Shown: positions 1 to 10,902 of the stretch, piece by piece
How the letters are laid out: every line of letters starts with the position of its first letter
Position numbering within the stretch: position 1 is the first letter of the stretch
Source: Thalassobaculaceae bacterium
GTDB taxonomy: Bacteria > Pseudomonadota > Alphaproteobacteria > Thalassobaculales > Thalassobaculaceae
Direction: 5' to 3'
DNA length: 64,000 nt
Assembly (NCBI GenBank): GCA_963691835.1
Contig: OY829383.1
Span: forward strand, 3,184,457-3,248,456
The notes under the pieces: generated by a model
Told to the model about the DNA's origin: nothing
Databases searched by the model: none
Seen by the model: only the letters and a program-made list of their open reading frames with translations
Made by a program: the position numbers and the translations under genes

Positions 1-581
1 CGATCGCGCCGCTCGGCCGGTTCGTCGCCGATGAGACGGTCTTTCTTTCAATCGCCGCCGGCAAAGCGATCAGCTATTTCGAAAGCCATCTCGGAGCCTC
101 GGCTCGAATCGTCCGCGCCATGCCGAACACGCCTGCCGCGGTCGGCCGCGGTATCACGGCCTATGTGCCGAACGACTCGGTGAGCGCCGATCAGCTCGAC
201 GCATGCGGCTCTCTCTTGGAAGCGATTGGCGAGGCCGTTGCCATCGACGATGAGGGCCTGATGGATGCGGTGACCGCCGTCTCAGGAAGTGGGCCGGCCT
301 ATGTTTTCCATCTGATCGAGACGATGGCCGCCGCTGGTGTAGCCGCCGGCCTGCCGGAGGACCTGTCAGCGAAGCTCGCGAGGGCAACTGTCGCGGGGGC
401 AGGCGAGTTGGCCCGGCAATCCAATGATCCGGCGGCCCAGCTCCGGATCAACGTGACCAGCCCTGGTGGCACCACGGCAGCGGCGCTCGCCGTTTTGATG
501 GCTGACCCTGGCGGCATGCAAGCGTTGCTGACAGAAGCTATACAGGCGGCGACTGACCGCTCCAGAGAGCTGGCCGGCTGA
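1..581 (+). CDS. proC: Pyrroline-5-carboxylate reductase, C-terminal part (5' end lies outside the window)
   Basis: The frame is open from the window edge (IAAGKAISYFESHLGASARIVRAMPNTPAAVGRG...). Conserved ProC motifs RAMPNTPA, SGSGPAY and TSPGGTT are present. Stop at 579-581. Confidence 0.9.
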   Translation, partial: IAPLGRFVADETVFLSIAAGKAISYFESHLGASARIVRAMPNTPAAVGRGITAYVPNDSVSADQLDACGSLLEAIGEAVAIDDEGLMDAVTAVSGSGPAYVFHLIETMAAAGVAAGLPEDLSAKLARATVAGAGELARQSNDPAAQLRINVTSPGGTTAAALAVLMADPGGMQALLTEAIQAATDRSRELAG

Positions 582-689
582 CGCCATTCGCCGCACTGCT
601 GCCCCTTTCCCTATCCGTCTTTCGGCCAGGATGTTGACGCGCCCTGCCGTCTGGGCAATGTGACATTGTGAAAAGGCGGGAGACCGGGG

Positions 690-1328
690 ATGAATGACAC
701 CGGGCAGGATGAAGGCGGCGAAGGGCAGGATGTGCGGGGTGCAATCATAGCGGCAGCCCTGGACATCGCGGCCGAGGGTGGTTGGCGCAAAGCCGATATG
801 GCGTCCATTGCGGCCGCCGCGGGCGTCGATACCGAAACGGTGAACCGCAACTTTCGGTCCAAAACCGCGATCCTGGAAGCATTGGCCAGGCGCATCGACG
901 GTGAGATCGATGAGCAGGCTGACGCTGACCTCCGCGATGCCTCCATCCCCGTTCGGGAGAGACTCTTTGAGGTTCTGATGCTGCGTTTCGACGCGCTCAG
1001 CCCCTACAAAGCAGGCATTCGCGCCTTGGTGAAGTCGCTGCCAGGAGAGCCCTGCCTCGTGCTCGCCGGTGGCCCGTCACTCGCCCGGTCGATGAAGGCG
1101 AGCATCCGGGCGGTTGGGCTCGAGACCCGGTCACTGGCTGGGATCCTGCGGGTGAAGGGCCTCGGCGCGGTATTCTTGTCCGTGCTTGTCGTTTGGATCG
1201 ACGATGAGAGCGACGACCTCGCCGCGACCATGAAGGCGCTCGACAACCGGTTGCGCCAAGTCGATGAACTCGCGCGCACACTGGGCATGGACCGGTCCAG
1301 CCCCCGGGCGGGGGAAAGCGCCGCCTAA
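690..1328 (+). CDS. TetR/AcrR-family transcriptional regulator (family-level call)
   Basis: 212-aa ORF with an N-terminal HTH-like segment (IIAAALDIAAEGGWRKADMASIAAAAGV) followed by a helical C-terminal domain, as in TetR regulators. No closer assignment is possible by eye. Confidence 0.6.
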   Translation: MNDTGQDEGGEGQDVRGAIIAAALDIAAEGGWRKADMASIAAAAGVDTETVNRNFRSKTAILEALARRIDGEIDEQADADLRDASIPVRERLFEVLMLRFDALSPYKAGIRALVKSLPGEPCLVLAGGPSLARSMKASIRAVGLETRSLAGILRVKGLGAVFLSVLVVWIDDESDDLAATMKALDNRLRQVDELARTLGMDRSSPRAGESAA

Positions 1329-1348
1329 GAACGCGGCCGTGGCGGCCT

Positions 1349-2479
1349 TCAGAAACTCAGACGCAACTGACTGACGGCGTATACCGCTTCGTTGGTCGGG
1401 GACTGATTGGTCTGATCGCGAAGTTCCGCGTAGCCAAGCGTACCGACGAATGAGACGCCCGGCCCGAGAGCGTAGGCACCCTCCAACTGGACGGTGTCGT
1501 AGTTCGCCTCTCTCGGGCCTGAGCCGCCATTCCGGGCATCCGGGTCACCATCCCGATCCGCGAGGAAACCCGACAGCGAGAGGCTCCACGGGCCCTTGGG
1601 GGCGACATAACTCACGCCGAGCATTAGGCCCGTCGAGTCTCCAATGCTCTGATCGTCTAAGGCTTCCCCGTAGGACGCGCCAGCTTCCCATCCCTTGTAG
1701 CGGAACTTGAGGCCGAGGTTGTAGGCCGTCGGATCCGCATCGTCGCTCTGATCGCCGCTCTGCATGACGCCGAGACCGGCCGAGGCGAAAAGCTCGAAAT
1801 CCCCGTATTTCCCACGAAGCTGAGCGCCGCCCGTGACACCGTTGTTCAGATCGGAGTCGTGATTGACGATCGCGTTCGAGTCCTCCTGCGAATCCGGAAC
1901 GAAGCTTCCGCCGAGCTGGATCTTCGTTCCCCCGAACCCGAAACGCGGTGTGTAGTAGGTGATCCGGTTGGCGTCGTTCACCCGTCCAGGCTCCAGGAAG
2001 GTGGAACCGAACGGTCCGCGGAAGACGCCGGTGTTGCCGCCGACCGAGTCGAAGTTCAGCCACTCGACGTTGTCGCCGCTGTTCATGCCGAAACCAAAAT
2101 TACGGGGTGCAATGTGGAGTTTGTACATCGCCGAGTTCTCGGAGCCGATATTGAGCTCACCGAACGCTCCTTTGACGATCATGTACGACTCGTCGATCGC
2201 ATCGCTTGAAGAGTTTCCTTCGAGCTGAACGTTCACGCCGAACTCGATCCCGTTGTCCAGTGTCGTCGAGCCGCGGAAGAAGATTTCCGTATCCGATTTC
2301 ACGTCAAATCCGGAGAAATCAGACCCTTCGTCTTCCTTGTTCTGATTCGTGTAGCCGAAGAACTGTTCCATGTACCCGCCGACCTTGAGCGAGAGCTTCT
2401 CGGCGGCAAACACGGGCTGCGTCCCGACGAGGGCGAATGTGGCCAGGGCCGTAGACGCAAAAAGACGGGTTCTGAGCAT
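1349..2479 (-). CDS. Outer-membrane general porin
   Basis: Signal peptide MLRTRLFASTALATFALVGTQPVFA/AE, alternating beta-strand-like G/Y/F/D/N-rich sequence, and a C-terminal ...QLRLSF aromatic terminus typical of Gram-negative beta-barrel porins. Confidence 0.75.
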   Translation of the reverse strand: MLRTRLFASTALATFALVGTQPVFAAEKLSLKVGGYMEQFFGYTNQNKEDEGSDFSGFDVKSDTEIFFRGSTTLDNGIEFGVNVQLEGNSSSDAIDESYMIVKGAFGELNIGSENSAMYKLHIAPRNFGFGMNSGDNVEWLNFDSVGGNTGVFRGPFGSTFLEPGRVNDANRITYYTPRFGFGGTKIQLGGSFVPDSQEDSNAIVNHDSDLNNGVTGGAQLRGKYGDFELFASAGLGVMQSGDQSDDADPTAYNLGLKFRYKGWEAGASYGEALDDQSIGDSTGLMLGVSYVAPKGPWSLSLSGFLADRDGDPDARNGGSGPREANYDTVQLEGAYALGPGVSFVGTLGYAELRDQTNQSPTNEAVYAVSQLRLSF

Positions 2480-2672
2480 AAGGAACTCTCTCTGGAATGG
2501 CCGGTTCAGGATGGAGGGAACGTATCGTCAGATCGCCTAAACGAGTAGTCGAAACGACCCTGCCACTCTTCCATTTTCGATGCGAGCGATTTCGGGGGCT
2601 GAGACCTCAAACAAGGCATCGTGTGACGCGAAGGCCTCAACCCATTATCGGACAGTGTCAAAAGGACGATCG

Positions 2673-3167
2673 TCAGTGCCCCAGATGAGCTTTCACGGCG
2701 GCGAGTGCTGCCCGGATCTTCCGGTCTGAGGGAGACAGCGCGAGACTCTGAGAGAAGCAGACCTCGGCCTGCGGTAGATGCCCGGCCCGTTCAAAAACAC
2801 GGCCGAGCGCGAACCAGGCGTCGATGTCCTTGGGATCGGCGTAGATCGCCCTGTTGAGAGCCGTGATCGCCTGTTCGGTCCAGCCGGACTTGGCGCAGAC
2901 GATGCCCAACTGACGCTGATAGCTGCCACAGTCCGGCTCCAGGGCAATCGCGCGACCGATCAGTTCCGCCGCTTCGGGTGTGCGGCCGTTCTCCAGTGCG
3001 AGAATGCTCTTAACGTTGAGCTGCCTCGCGGAATCCGGCCCGCCGCTGGTTACGGCGTTGTAGAGCGCCTCCAGCCTTTCCGTGCCAACCATGCCCAAGT
3101 CCGGCATCTGCCCTCTTGGGTCACGGGTTGGCGGCCGTCCTCCGCCTTCGTATCGTCCTCGTCCCAT
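2673..3167 (-). CDS. Tetratricopeptide-repeat protein
   Basis: Repeated TPR-like units (AIALEPDCGSYQRQLG, AITALNRAIYADPKDIDAWFALGRVFERAGHLPQAEVCFSQSLALSP). The exact start is uncertain. Confidence 0.5.
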   Translation of the reverse strand: MGRGRYEGGGRPPTRDPRGQMPDLGMVGTERLEALYNAVTSGGPDSARQLNVKSILALENGRTPEAAELIGRAIALEPDCGSYQRQLGIVCAKSGWTEQAITALNRAIYADPKDIDAWFALGRVFERAGHLPQAEVCFSQSLALSPSDRKIRAALAAVKAHLGH

Positions 3168-3229
3168 ACCGAAAGTGTATCCGACCCTTTCGGCGGAAGC
3201 GACGGCCCATCGCGCCGGCCGTTGCGGGA

Positions 3230-3835
3230 TCAGGCGGTACCCATGCGTTGGTGGCTTGGACTCTGTTCCACCCGTGCCATCCAGGCGCGGATGTGCGGGT
3301 AGGCTGCCAGCGAGAACCCGCCTTCGTCGGAGACGTGGGTGTAGGCGTAGAGCGCAAGATCGGCGACCGACTCGTGATCCCCGACAAACCAGGACCGGTC
3401 GGCGAGGTGCTGCTCCATCACGTCCAGTGCGGCGTATCCCTTGGGCCGAAGCGATTCCACGAACGATATGACCTCGGGCGTCTGCTCCAGATGCTGGGTC
3501 CGGAAGCGGGCTACGGCGATGTAGGGTTCGTGGCTGTATTGCTCAAAGAACAGCCACTGGTACGCCCGCGCCCGGTCGCGGGGCTCGGATGGCAGCCAGG
3601 GGGTGCCTTCCGCGAAGTGGAGGAGCAGGGCATTCGATTCCCAAAGCGAGTCACCATCCTCAAACACGACGGTGGGAATCTTGCCGTTCGGATTGATCGC
3701 GAGAAACTCAGGAGTGTGTGTCTCGCTTTTGAGGATATCCACCGTCTTGATTGTAAAGGGACTACCCGTCCGGTGGAGGATCATCCGCACCTTATAGCCG
3801 TTGCCCGATATGGGGTCGTCCCAGAGTGTCAGCAT
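3230..3835 (-). CDS. Glutathione S-transferase family protein
   Basis: 201 aa. N-terminal thioredoxin-like GST fold signature (...FLAINPNGKIPTVVFEDGDSLWESNALLLHFAEG...) and a helical C-terminal domain. Confidence 0.8.
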   Translation of the reverse strand: MLTLWDDPISGNGYKVRMILHRTGSPFTIKTVDILKSETHTPEFLAINPNGKIPTVVFEDGDSLWESNALLLHFAEGTPWLPSEPRDRARAYQWLFFEQYSHEPYIAVARFRTQHLEQTPEVISFVESLRPKGYAALDVMEQHLADRSWFVGDHESVADLALYAYTHVSDEGGFSLAAYPHIRAWMARVEQSPSHQRMGTA

Positions 3836-3974
3836 CTGGCTTCTCCTCAGCCCGTCTTCGATCGGGGGAACAGTGATCGGACGGCCGGTTCCGAATCAAA
3901 CAAGAATTCCTCATCCCCCCATTAGCGTGCTGGGCGGTCTTCGGAACCATGAGTCTTTTGGGGTAATGAGCCTG

Positions 3975-4859
3975 TCAGCTCCGGTTCAGGACACGTCCTG
4001 CAACGGCATCAAGCTTGGCGACGACCGCCGGATCGCGGGCTTCCGCGTGGGTGATCAGGGCGAATTCAAGGGCGTTGTCGCCGCCCTGTTCGTCGACCTC
4101 CGGACGTTCCGCCAAAAGCGGCGCCACGGTTGTCACCAAAGCCCGGGCGCGGTCCGCGTTCCCGGTCAGGACCTTCACCACCTGTTCCACGGTGACGCTG
4201 TCGTGGTCCGGATGCCAGCAGTCGTAATCCGTGACCATGGCGACCGTGGCGTAGGGGATTTCAGCTTCGCGGGCCAACTTGGCTTCCGGCATGTTGGTCA
4301 TGCCGATGACGTCAGCCCCCCAAGAGCGGTAGAGATTGCTCTCCGCCAAGGTCGAGAACTGCGGCCCTTCCATGCAGACATAGGTTCCGCCACGGCTGTA
4401 GCCGAAGCCCAGTGTTTGGCAGGCGTTCTCAAGCGCGTCCACAAGGCGTTCCGAGATCGGATGCGAGAAGCCGACATGGGCCACGCAACCGGTCTCGTAG
4501 AATGTTTTCTCCCGGGCGAAGGTCCGGTCGATGAACTGATCGATCAGCACGAAGTGCCCCGGCGCATACTCTTCCTTGAGAGAGCCGACGGCGCTGACGG
4601 AAATGATGTCCGTGACGCCGGCCCGCTTCATCGCGTCGATGTTTGCGCGGTAGTTGATCGTGGTCGGGCTCAACCTGTGGCCGCGCCCGTGCCGGGGCAG
4701 GAACACAAGCTCCTGCCCGTCAAGCGAGCCGAACAACAGCGCATCCGACGGTGTGCCGAACGGGCTGTCGATCGTCTCCCACCGGGTGTCCGACAGCCCA
4801 TCGATGGCGTAGACGCCACTGCCCCCGATGATGCCGATCTTCGCCGGACGCGTGCTCAT
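3975..4859 (-). CDS. mtnP: S-methyl-5'-thioadenosine phosphorylase
   Basis: 294 aa: KIGIIGGSGVY...TPFGTPSD...FLPRHGRGHRLSPTTINYRANIDAMKRAGVTDIISVSAVGSLKEE matches the MTAP/PNP-family signature. The start lies 3 nt after the petC stop. Confidence 0.85.
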   Translation of the reverse strand: MSTRPAKIGIIGGSGVYAIDGLSDTRWETIDSPFGTPSDALLFGSLDGQELVFLPRHGRGHRLSPTTINYRANIDAMKRAGVTDIISVSAVGSLKEEYAPGHFVLIDQFIDRTFAREKTFYETGCVAHVGFSHPISERLVDALENACQTLGFGYSRGGTYVCMEGPQFSTLAESNLYRSWGADVIGMTNMPEAKLAREAEIPYATVAMVTDYDCWHPDHDSVTVEQVVKVLTGNADRARALVTTVAPLLAERPEVDEQGGDNALEFALITHAEARDPAVVAKLDAVAGRVLNRS

Positions 4860-4862
4860 CGC

Positions 4863-5639
4863 TTAATGCAGGTCCGACCAGATCTTGCGCTTGGAGGCGT
4901 AGAGCAGACCCGTCAGCACCAGCAGAAACAGGATCACCGTCACACCCATCTGGCGACGCTGCTCCAAATTCGGCTCAGCGGCCCAGGTGAGGAAGGTGGT
5001 CACGTCCGCTGCATGCTGCTCCAGCGTCGCGGCTGTGCCGTCGGCATACTCCACATCGTCGCCATAGAGCGGCTGCGCCATCGCGATCTGGTGGCCGGGA
5101 TAGTAGGTGTTGTAACTCATCCCTTCACCGACTTCGGTCCCCTCTGGCACTTCGTCGTAGCCGGTCAGCAGCGCGTAGAGGTAGTCGGCACCACCGCCGC
5201 GTGCCTCAACGATCAGCGACAGATCCGGCGGCAAGGCGCCACCGTTCGCCGCCCGGGCCGCATTGGCGTTCGGGAAAGGATTGGGCCAGCGGTCCGACGG
5301 ACGGGCCGGACGGTCCTCAATCTCGCCCTCTTCATTCGGGGCTGCTGGCACATCGTATTCCGCGGCGATGGCCTTTACCTCGGCTTCACTGAAACCAAGA
5401 TCGGCGAGATTGCGGAAGTGAATGTAGTCCAGCGAATGGCAGCCGGCGCAGATCTCCTTGTAGACCTGAAAGCCGCGCTGTGCCGCCGCCCGGTCAAAGG
5501 TGCCGAACACCCCTGAAAACGACCAGTTCTGGCTTGGCACGGGGATGCTGGGGCCGGCCGCGATCGCTGCGGTCGCCGAACCCAGGAGCGAGGCCGCGAC
5601 GACGGCGGCCCCAAGAACGGTGGAAGCGATCCGCATCAC
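4863..5639 (-). CDS. petC: Cytochrome c1 (bc1 complex)
   Basis: Signal peptide, heme-binding CAGCH motif ([11 protein letters not shown]), a C-terminal transmembrane anchor, and position after petB. Confidence 0.9.
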   Translation of the reverse strand: MMRIASTVLGAAVVAASLLGSATAAIAAGPSIPVPSQNWSFSGVFGTFDRAAAQRGFQVYKEICAGCHSLDYIHFRNLADLGFSEAEVKAIAAEYDVPAAPNEEGEIEDRPARPSDRWPNPFPNANAARAANGGALPPDLSLIVEARGGGADYLYALLTGYDEVPEGTEVGEGMSYNTYYPGHQIAMAQPLYGDDVEYADGTAATLEQHAADVTTFLTWAAEPNLEQRRQMGVTVILFLLVLTGLLYASKRKIWSDLH

Positions 5640-6892
5640 GACTTCTCCCTCGGCGCGGCGGTTGCTGCTGCCATGCCACCGGCTCCACCCCCAAGGACGG
5701 AGCGGCTGATGCTCCGGGGAAGCGGGCGCGGTGTCTCGAAGATCGAGAGCAGCGGCAGGATGATCAGGAAGTGGGCGAAGTACCAGATCGTAGCGATCCG
5801 GGACAGGATGACATAGGTGCCCTCCGCCGGCTTGGCGCCGAGATAGCCCAGCAGGACGCAGTTCGCCGCAAACAGCCAGAAGAAGTAGCGGAAGATCGGA
5901 CGGAACTGTCCGCTTCTGACCGGCGAGCGGTCAAGCCAAGGCAGGATGAACAGCACGGCAATCGCGCCGAACATGGCCAGCACGCCCATCAGCTTGTCCG
6001 GAACGGCCCGGAGGATCGCGTAGAAGGGCAGGAAGTACCACTCCGGCACGATGTGGGCCGGCGTCACCAGGGGATCAGCCGGGATGTAGTTGTCCGGATG
6101 GCCCAGGAAGTTCGGGTAGAAGAACACGAACACCGAGAAGATGATCAGGAACACGCCGAGGCCGAACATGTCCTTCACCGTATAGTACGGATGGAAGGGA
6201 ATGCTGTCCTGCGGGCCGCGGGTGTCGATCCCGAGCGGGTTGTTCGAGCCGAAGCGGTGCAGCGCCACGATGTGGAACACGACGATGCCGACGATCACAA
6301 ACGGCAACAGGTAATGCAGCGCGAAGAACCGGTTCAGCGTGGCGTTGTCGACGGAGAAACCACCCCAGAGCAGTGTCACGATCTGATCGCCCACGCCCGG
6401 CACGGCCGAGAACAGGTTGGTGATGACCGTCGCACCCCAGAAGCTCATCTGACCCCAAGGCAGCACGTAGCCCATGAACGCGGTGGCCATCATCAGAAGC
6501 AGGATGACGACACCGAGAATCCAAAGGAGTTCCCGCGGCGCCTTATAGGACCCGTAGTAAAGCCCCCGGAACATGTGGATGTAGACCACGATGAAGAAGA
6601 AGCTGGCGCCGTTCATGTGGATGTAGCGGATCAGCCAGCCGTAGTTCACGTCGCGCATGATGCGCTCGACCGACGCGAAGGCGTGGTCAACGTGGGGCGT
6701 GTAGTGCATCGCCAGCGAAATGCCGGTGACGATCATGATCACTAGCGTGATGCCGGCGAGCGACCCGAAGTTCCACCAGTAGCTCAAGTTCCGAGGGGTC
6801 GGATACTCGGTCAGCTCGTGGTCCATGAAGGTGAAGATCGGCAGGCGGTGATCAATCCACCGAACCACCGGGTTCGAAAAGGACTTGGCCAT
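5636..6892 (-). CDS. petB: Cytochrome b (bc1 complex)
   Basis: 418 aa polytopic protein: ...[13 protein letters not shown]...[12 protein letters not shown]...[14 protein letters not shown] are classic cytochrome b motifs. 4-nt overlap with petC. Confidence 0.95.
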   Translation of the reverse strand: MAKSFSNPVVRWIDHRLPIFTFMDHELTEYPTPRNLSYWWNFGSLAGITLVIMIVTGISLAMHYTPHVDHAFASVERIMRDVNYGWLIRYIHMNGASFFFIVVYIHMFRGLYYGSYKAPRELLWILGVVILLLMMATAFMGYVLPWGQMSFWGATVITNLFSAVPGVGDQIVTLLWGGFSVDNATLNRFFALHYLLPFVIVGIVVFHIVALHRFGSNNPLGIDTRGPQDSIPFHPYYTVKDMFGLGVFLIIFSVFVFFYPNFLGHPDNYIPADPLVTPAHIVPEWYFLPFYAILRAVPDKLMGVLAMFGAIAVLFILPWLDRSPVRSGQFRPIFRYFFWLFAANCVLLGYLGAKPAEGTYVILSRIATIWYFAHFLIILPLLSIFETPRPLPRSISRSVLGGGAGGMAAATAAPREKS

Positions 6893-6905
6893 CTCGATGG
6901 TCTCC

Positions 6906-7436
6906 TTATCCGATCACGATCGTGGTGTCGGAGGTGAAGGTGTAGTCCGGAACGTCGAGGTTCGCGGGGGCCGGACCCTTCCGGATACGGCCGGACGTGT
7001 CGTAGTGCGAGCCGTGGCACGGGCAGAACCAGCCGCCGTACTCGCCCTTCGGATCCGTCGCCTTCTGACCAAGCGGCACGCAGCCCAGATGGGTGCAGAC
7101 CCCGACCAGCACGAGATATTGCGGGTTTGGAGCGCGATCCGCGTCGCTCTGCGGGTCCGGCAGGTCCGTCAACGGCGTGGTCTCAGCCTCGTCGATCTCA
7201 GCGCCTGTGCGATGACGGACGAAGACCGGCTTGCCGCGCCACATGACCGTGATCGACATGCCCTCTTCAATCAGGGACACATCGACCTCGGTGGTCGACA
7301 GGGCCAGCGTATCCGCGGCCGGGTTGAGCTGGTGGATGAACGGCCAAGCAACCGCCACTGCGCCAACCGCTCCCATGGTGGCGCTGGCGACATGCAGAAA
7401 GTCGCGCCGCGACTCCTCCGGATGAGTATCTGCCAT
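6906..7436 (-). CDS. petA: Ubiquinol-cytochrome c reductase Rieske iron-sulfur subunit
   Basis: Tat-like N-terminus (SRRDFL) and Rieske 2Fe-2S boxes CTHLGC and CPCHGSHY. First gene of the petABC order. Confidence 0.95.
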   Translation of the reverse strand: MADTHPEESRRDFLHVASATMGAVGAVAVAWPFIHQLNPAADTLALSTTEVDVSLIEEGMSITVMWRGKPVFVRHRTGAEIDEAETTPLTDLPDPQSDADRAPNPQYLVLVGVCTHLGCVPLGQKATDPKGEYGGWFCPCHGSHYDTSGRIRKGPAPANLDVPDYTFTSDTTIVIG

Positions 7437-7722
7437 AATCAGTCGTGCCTTTCGACGTCCTTGTAGCCCCTAGACGATACGAAAATCGTCAGCACTTCGC
7501 CTTCGGGAAATTTGCGACACGTGGTCGCGCGAATTACCCTGCGATAAACCCTTGGGCCCCACCCCCGGGCTATGCTGAGGGTCGTATACTGCACGTGACC
7601 CGGATTTGCAAAAAGATCCATGGGACTTAGGACGTTCGGCGGTTATGTCGACCTGTTCCGACTGCCGGACATACCGGGATGGTGTAGAACGGGCGCCGGT
7701 CCTCTCAAGGGTTTTCCTCCTT

Positions 7723-8184
7723 ATGCGCGTCGCCCTCTATCAGCCGGATATTCCACAAAACACAGGGACGATCCTCCGGACAGCCGCCTGTTTCGGTATC
7801 GGCGTCGATATCATCGAGCCATGCGGGTTCGTCTTCTCGGAGCCCAAGATGAGGCGCGCGGGCATGGATTATCTGGACCATGTCGATCTGGTCAGGCACC
7901 GGTCGTGGGAGGCTTTTCTTCGGTCCCGTGAGGCGCTTGGGAAGGCGGGCCGATTGGTACTGCTCACCACGGGCGGGGAGGTGCCGCTCGACCGCTCGGG
8001 CCTTGGCGCAGGCGACACGCTGCTGCTCGGGCGGGAGACCGCGGGTGTTCCCGAGGCAGTACATGATTCGGCCGACCTCAGAGTGCGGATCCCCATGGCC
8101 GAGGGAATGCGCTCGCTCAACGTCGCGGTTGCTGCGTCGATGGCGCTTTGGGAAGGACAACGGTCGCTGACAATGGGCGGTTGA
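7723..8184 (+). CDS. trmL: tRNA (cytidine/uridine-2'-O-)-methyltransferase, SpoU family (TrmL-like)
   Basis: From the internal ATG at 7723: [36 protein letters not shown]...[10 protein letters not shown]...[14 protein letters not shown] aligns by eye with E. coli TrmL over its whole ~153 aa. The longer ORF from 7606 is probably an over-extension. Confidence 0.8.
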   Translation: MRVALYQPDIPQNTGTILRTAACFGIGVDIIEPCGFVFSEPKMRRAGMDYLDHVDLVRHRSWEAFLRSREALGKAGRLVLLTTGGEVPLDRSGLGAGDTLLLGRETAGVPEAVHDSADLRVRIPMAEGMRSLNVAVAASMALWEGQRSLTMGG

Positions 8185-8237
8185 CGACTGAGATCAGGTG
8201 CGGTGCTCTCTCCGCAACCAGATTGACGGGGGAAATC

Positions 8238-9086
8238 ATGTATCTCAGCACGGAGGGTCAGCGCGACGCGGCGAAGACCTGGTTCGAGAGTTTACGGGAC
8301 CAGATCTGCGGGGCGTTCGAGGCGATGGAGGACGACTATGACGGACCTCTCTCCAACCGCGAGCCTGGCCGCTTCCAGCGTAAGGCTTGGGACCGGGAGG
8401 GCGGCGGCGGCGGCGTGATGTCGATCATGCACGGCCGGGTGTTCGAGAAAGTCGGCGTCAACGTTTCCACCGTTCACGGGGAGTTCTCGGAAGCGTTCCG
8501 AAAACAGATTCCTGGCGCCGACGAAGACCCGCGGTTCTTCGCGACCGGCATTTCGCTGGTTGCCCACATGCAGTCACCCCTGGTGCCCGCGGTGCACATG
8601 AATACCCGGCATATCGCGACCTCGAAATCCTGGTTCGGCGGTGGGGCCGATCTCACCCCGATGGTACCGGACGAAGCCGATACAGCCGCCTTCCACGGGG
8701 GGCTCAAGGCCGCGTGCGATGCCCACGGCGATGACTACTACGATCGCTTCAAGAAATGGTGCGACGAGTACTTTTACCTGCCCCACAGGGAGGAGCCGCG
8801 CGGCGTCGGCGGAATTTTCTACGACTACCTGGAAGACGACTTCGACAAGAACTTCGCCTTCACAAGGGATGTGGGTACCGCGTTTCTGAACACCTACCCG
8901 GCTGTCGCCCGGCGCCGGATGAACGAGACATGGACGGACGCACAGCGCGAGCACCAACTCGTTCGCCGGGGCCGGTATGTGGAGTTTAACCTGATCCACG
9001 ACCGGGGCACGCTGTTCGGACTGAAGACCGGGGGTAACGTGGAAGCGATTTTGATGAGCCTGCCGCCCGAAGTGCGGTGGCCCTAA
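8238..9086 (+). CDS. hemF: Oxygen-dependent coproporphyrinogen III oxidase
   Basis: Motifs [67 protein letters not shown] and [20 protein letters not shown] are characteristic HemF. Start taken at the ATG at 8238. Confidence 0.9.
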   Translation: MYLSTEGQRDAAKTWFESLRDQICGAFEAMEDDYDGPLSNREPGRFQRKAWDREGGGGGVMSIMHGRVFEKVGVNVSTVHGEFSEAFRKQIPGADEDPRFFATGISLVAHMQSPLVPAVHMNTRHIATSKSWFGGGADLTPMVPDEADTAAFHGGLKAACDAHGDDYYDRFKKWCDEYFYLPHREEPRGVGGIFYDYLEDDFDKNFAFTRDVGTAFLNTYPAVARRRMNETWTDAQREHQLVRRGRYVEFNLIHDRGTLFGLKTGGNVEAILMSLPPEVRWP

Positions 9087-9099
9087 GGAGATAAGATCA

Positions 9100-9651
9100 A
9101 TGATGACCTTCCGAGCCGTGAAGCGCGGCTTCATTACCGCAACGCTTCTCTTGGCGGTCGGTTTCGCACCGCACGGGGTGCGTGCGGCGGATTTGGCCCT
9201 CCCTGCCTTTTTCGGGACTTTCCAGGGGACCGGCATTGCCGAGAGCCGTGACAATATCTACGCGCCGGAGACCGTGCGCGATCTGGACATTGTGATCGCC
9301 CCGGCCGGGGATGGCTTTACCGTCCAATGGACGACGGTCATCCGCAACCCGGGCACCGGAAAAGCGAAGCGCAAGACCCAAACCCTGACCTTCGAGCCAA
9401 CTGGTACAGGCTCCCAGTATCGCAGCCGGGAGCGGATAGACCCCTGGTCAGAGGACGGGTTGTCCTGGGCCGGTATCAAGGACCGCGTTCTGTCCGTCTA
9501 TGTCCTGAACATCTTGGAGGATGGCCGGGCTCAGGTTCAGCGCTACGCCCGGGAACTGACCTCGCTCGGGATGGAACTCCAGTACTCGCGACAGATCGAC
9601 AGCGAGGAGCTCAGGACAGTAAAGGCGCGCCTGGTGAAGGCTGCGCAGTAA
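9100..9651 (+). CDS. Hypothetical exported protein
   Basis: 183-aa ORF with a plausible signal peptide (AVKRGFITATLLLAVGFAPHGVRA/AD). No recognisable family. Confidence 0.5.
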   Translation: MMTFRAVKRGFITATLLLAVGFAPHGVRAADLALPAFFGTFQGTGIAESRDNIYAPETVRDLDIVIAPAGDGFTVQWTTVIRNPGTGKAKRKTQTLTFEPTGTGSQYRSRERIDPWSEDGLSWAGIKDRVLSVYVLNILEDGRAQVQRYARELTSLGMELQYSRQIDSEELRTVKARLVKAAQ

Positions 9652-9669
9652 AGCCTTGGCCGTGGCCGA

Positions 9670-10743
9670 TTAGGCCTCGGTCGCCATTTGACCGGCTGGA
9701 GGCGTCGGTTCTGAGGGCATCGGAACCGCGATCCCCGCGACTGGGACGGGCTCGCTCTTTCCCCGGAGGCGTAGGGGAGGCAGGGGCTCGATATCCAACC
9801 CGACTTTGTTGGCAACGTGGCCGAGTGCCGCTTCGCTGATTAGGAAGGTTTGGCCCACGTCGCGGCAGGCTTGCTCCAGCCGGGCGGTGGTGTTCAGGGT
9901 GTCGCCCAGCAGCACGATCTCTCGCTTCCGGTCTCCGATCTCGCCTGCCACAACGGGGCCGGCGTGCAGCGCGGCGCGAAACTGCGGCACGATCCCGAAT
10001 CGGTTGCTGTAGTCGTCCGCCCGGCCGACCAGTCTCGCACCAAGACGGATCACCATGTCGACGGCCAGGCGGAGGTCCGTCTGCGCGTCAAGCCGCCAGG
10101 AGATGATCACCTCGTCGCCGATGTATCGCTCAATCCGTCCGCCGGAGCGATCGAGTGCAGTGTCCACATCACCGATGAAGCGGTCCAGCAGGTCCATGAA
10201 CGCGATGGGGCCGATCCTCTCCGCAGCCGAGGTCGAGCCGACGAGATCCACAAACAGGAACGCGCGGTCCTCATTCCGGGGGCTGTGATATCGGCCCGAC
10301 AGGAAACTCATCAGCACACCGTGACCAAGCAACTGGTCGAGCGCCAGAGCCGTTGCGATCACGCTGCCGATGGCGAAGGCGAACACAACAGTCCACCAGA
10401 AATCCGGCTCGAGATGCAGCGTGGCCGCCGGCATCCCCCAAACCAGATGGTTGGCGATATAGGAGGCTATGGTGATCCAGATGGTCCAGGCCGCCACTCT
10501 TGTGCCGAAAAACGCCAGAAAGGGCAGCTTTCGGAACGCCGCGCCCGCCGGCGTGGTGACATACAGAAACTCCCAGAGAATGATCGGCCCGCCCATCACG
10601 GTGGCGCTGATCGAGGAATTGATGGCGTTGCGGAGGGTGATTTCCTGGTTCAGGGTCGCACCGAACGCAATGCTCGCCACAAAGACCAACACCATGGTCA
10701 GCAGGAATGCCTTCAGTCGGTTGAGAAGGAGATCCCGGCTCAT
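9670..10743 (-). CDS. Membrane-anchored class III adenylate/guanylate cyclase
   Basis: N-terminal ~150 aa with about 4-5 hydrophobic helices. C-terminal CYCc-like domain: AFLFVDLVGSTSAAE...RIERYIGDEVIISW...LHAGPVVAGEIGDRKREIVLLGDTLNTTARLE. Confidence 0.8.
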   Translation of the reverse strand: MSRDLLLNRLKAFLLTMVLVFVASIAFGATLNQEITLRNAINSSISATVMGGPIILWEFLYVTTPAGAAFRKLPFLAFFGTRVAAWTIWITIASYIANHLVWGMPAATLHLEPDFWWTVVFAFAIGSVIATALALDQLLGHGVLMSFLSGRYHSPRNEDRAFLFVDLVGSTSAAERIGPIAFMDLLDRFIGDVDTALDRSGGRIERYIGDEVIISWRLDAQTDLRLAVDMVIRLGARLVGRADDYSNRFGIVPQFRAALHAGPVVAGEIGDRKREIVLLGDTLNTTARLEQACRDVGQTFLISEAALGHVANKVGLDIEPLPPLRLRGKSEPVPVAGIAVPMPSEPTPPAGQMATEA

Positions 10744-10902
10744 GGTGTGCTAGTCCTCCCATCTGTGGACGGATAAGACAGTTTATCACTGCGGCTCCGT
10801 TACGTATGAACTGGCAACGCCGGATCATAGAAGCTGTGGTTCCTAACTGTCCGACGAAGCGATGGATGCTTCCACCACCGCCCGGCTCAAAGGAGATGCC
10901 TC

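Noticed and set aside
3801-6745. Long plus-strand ORFs 3801-5516 (571 aa) and 5480-6745 (421 aa)
   Set aside because: They are antisense to mtnP, petC and petB, whose products carry unmistakable motifs ([14 protein letters not shown]). The antisense translations are Arg/Gly/His-rich with no recognisable features.
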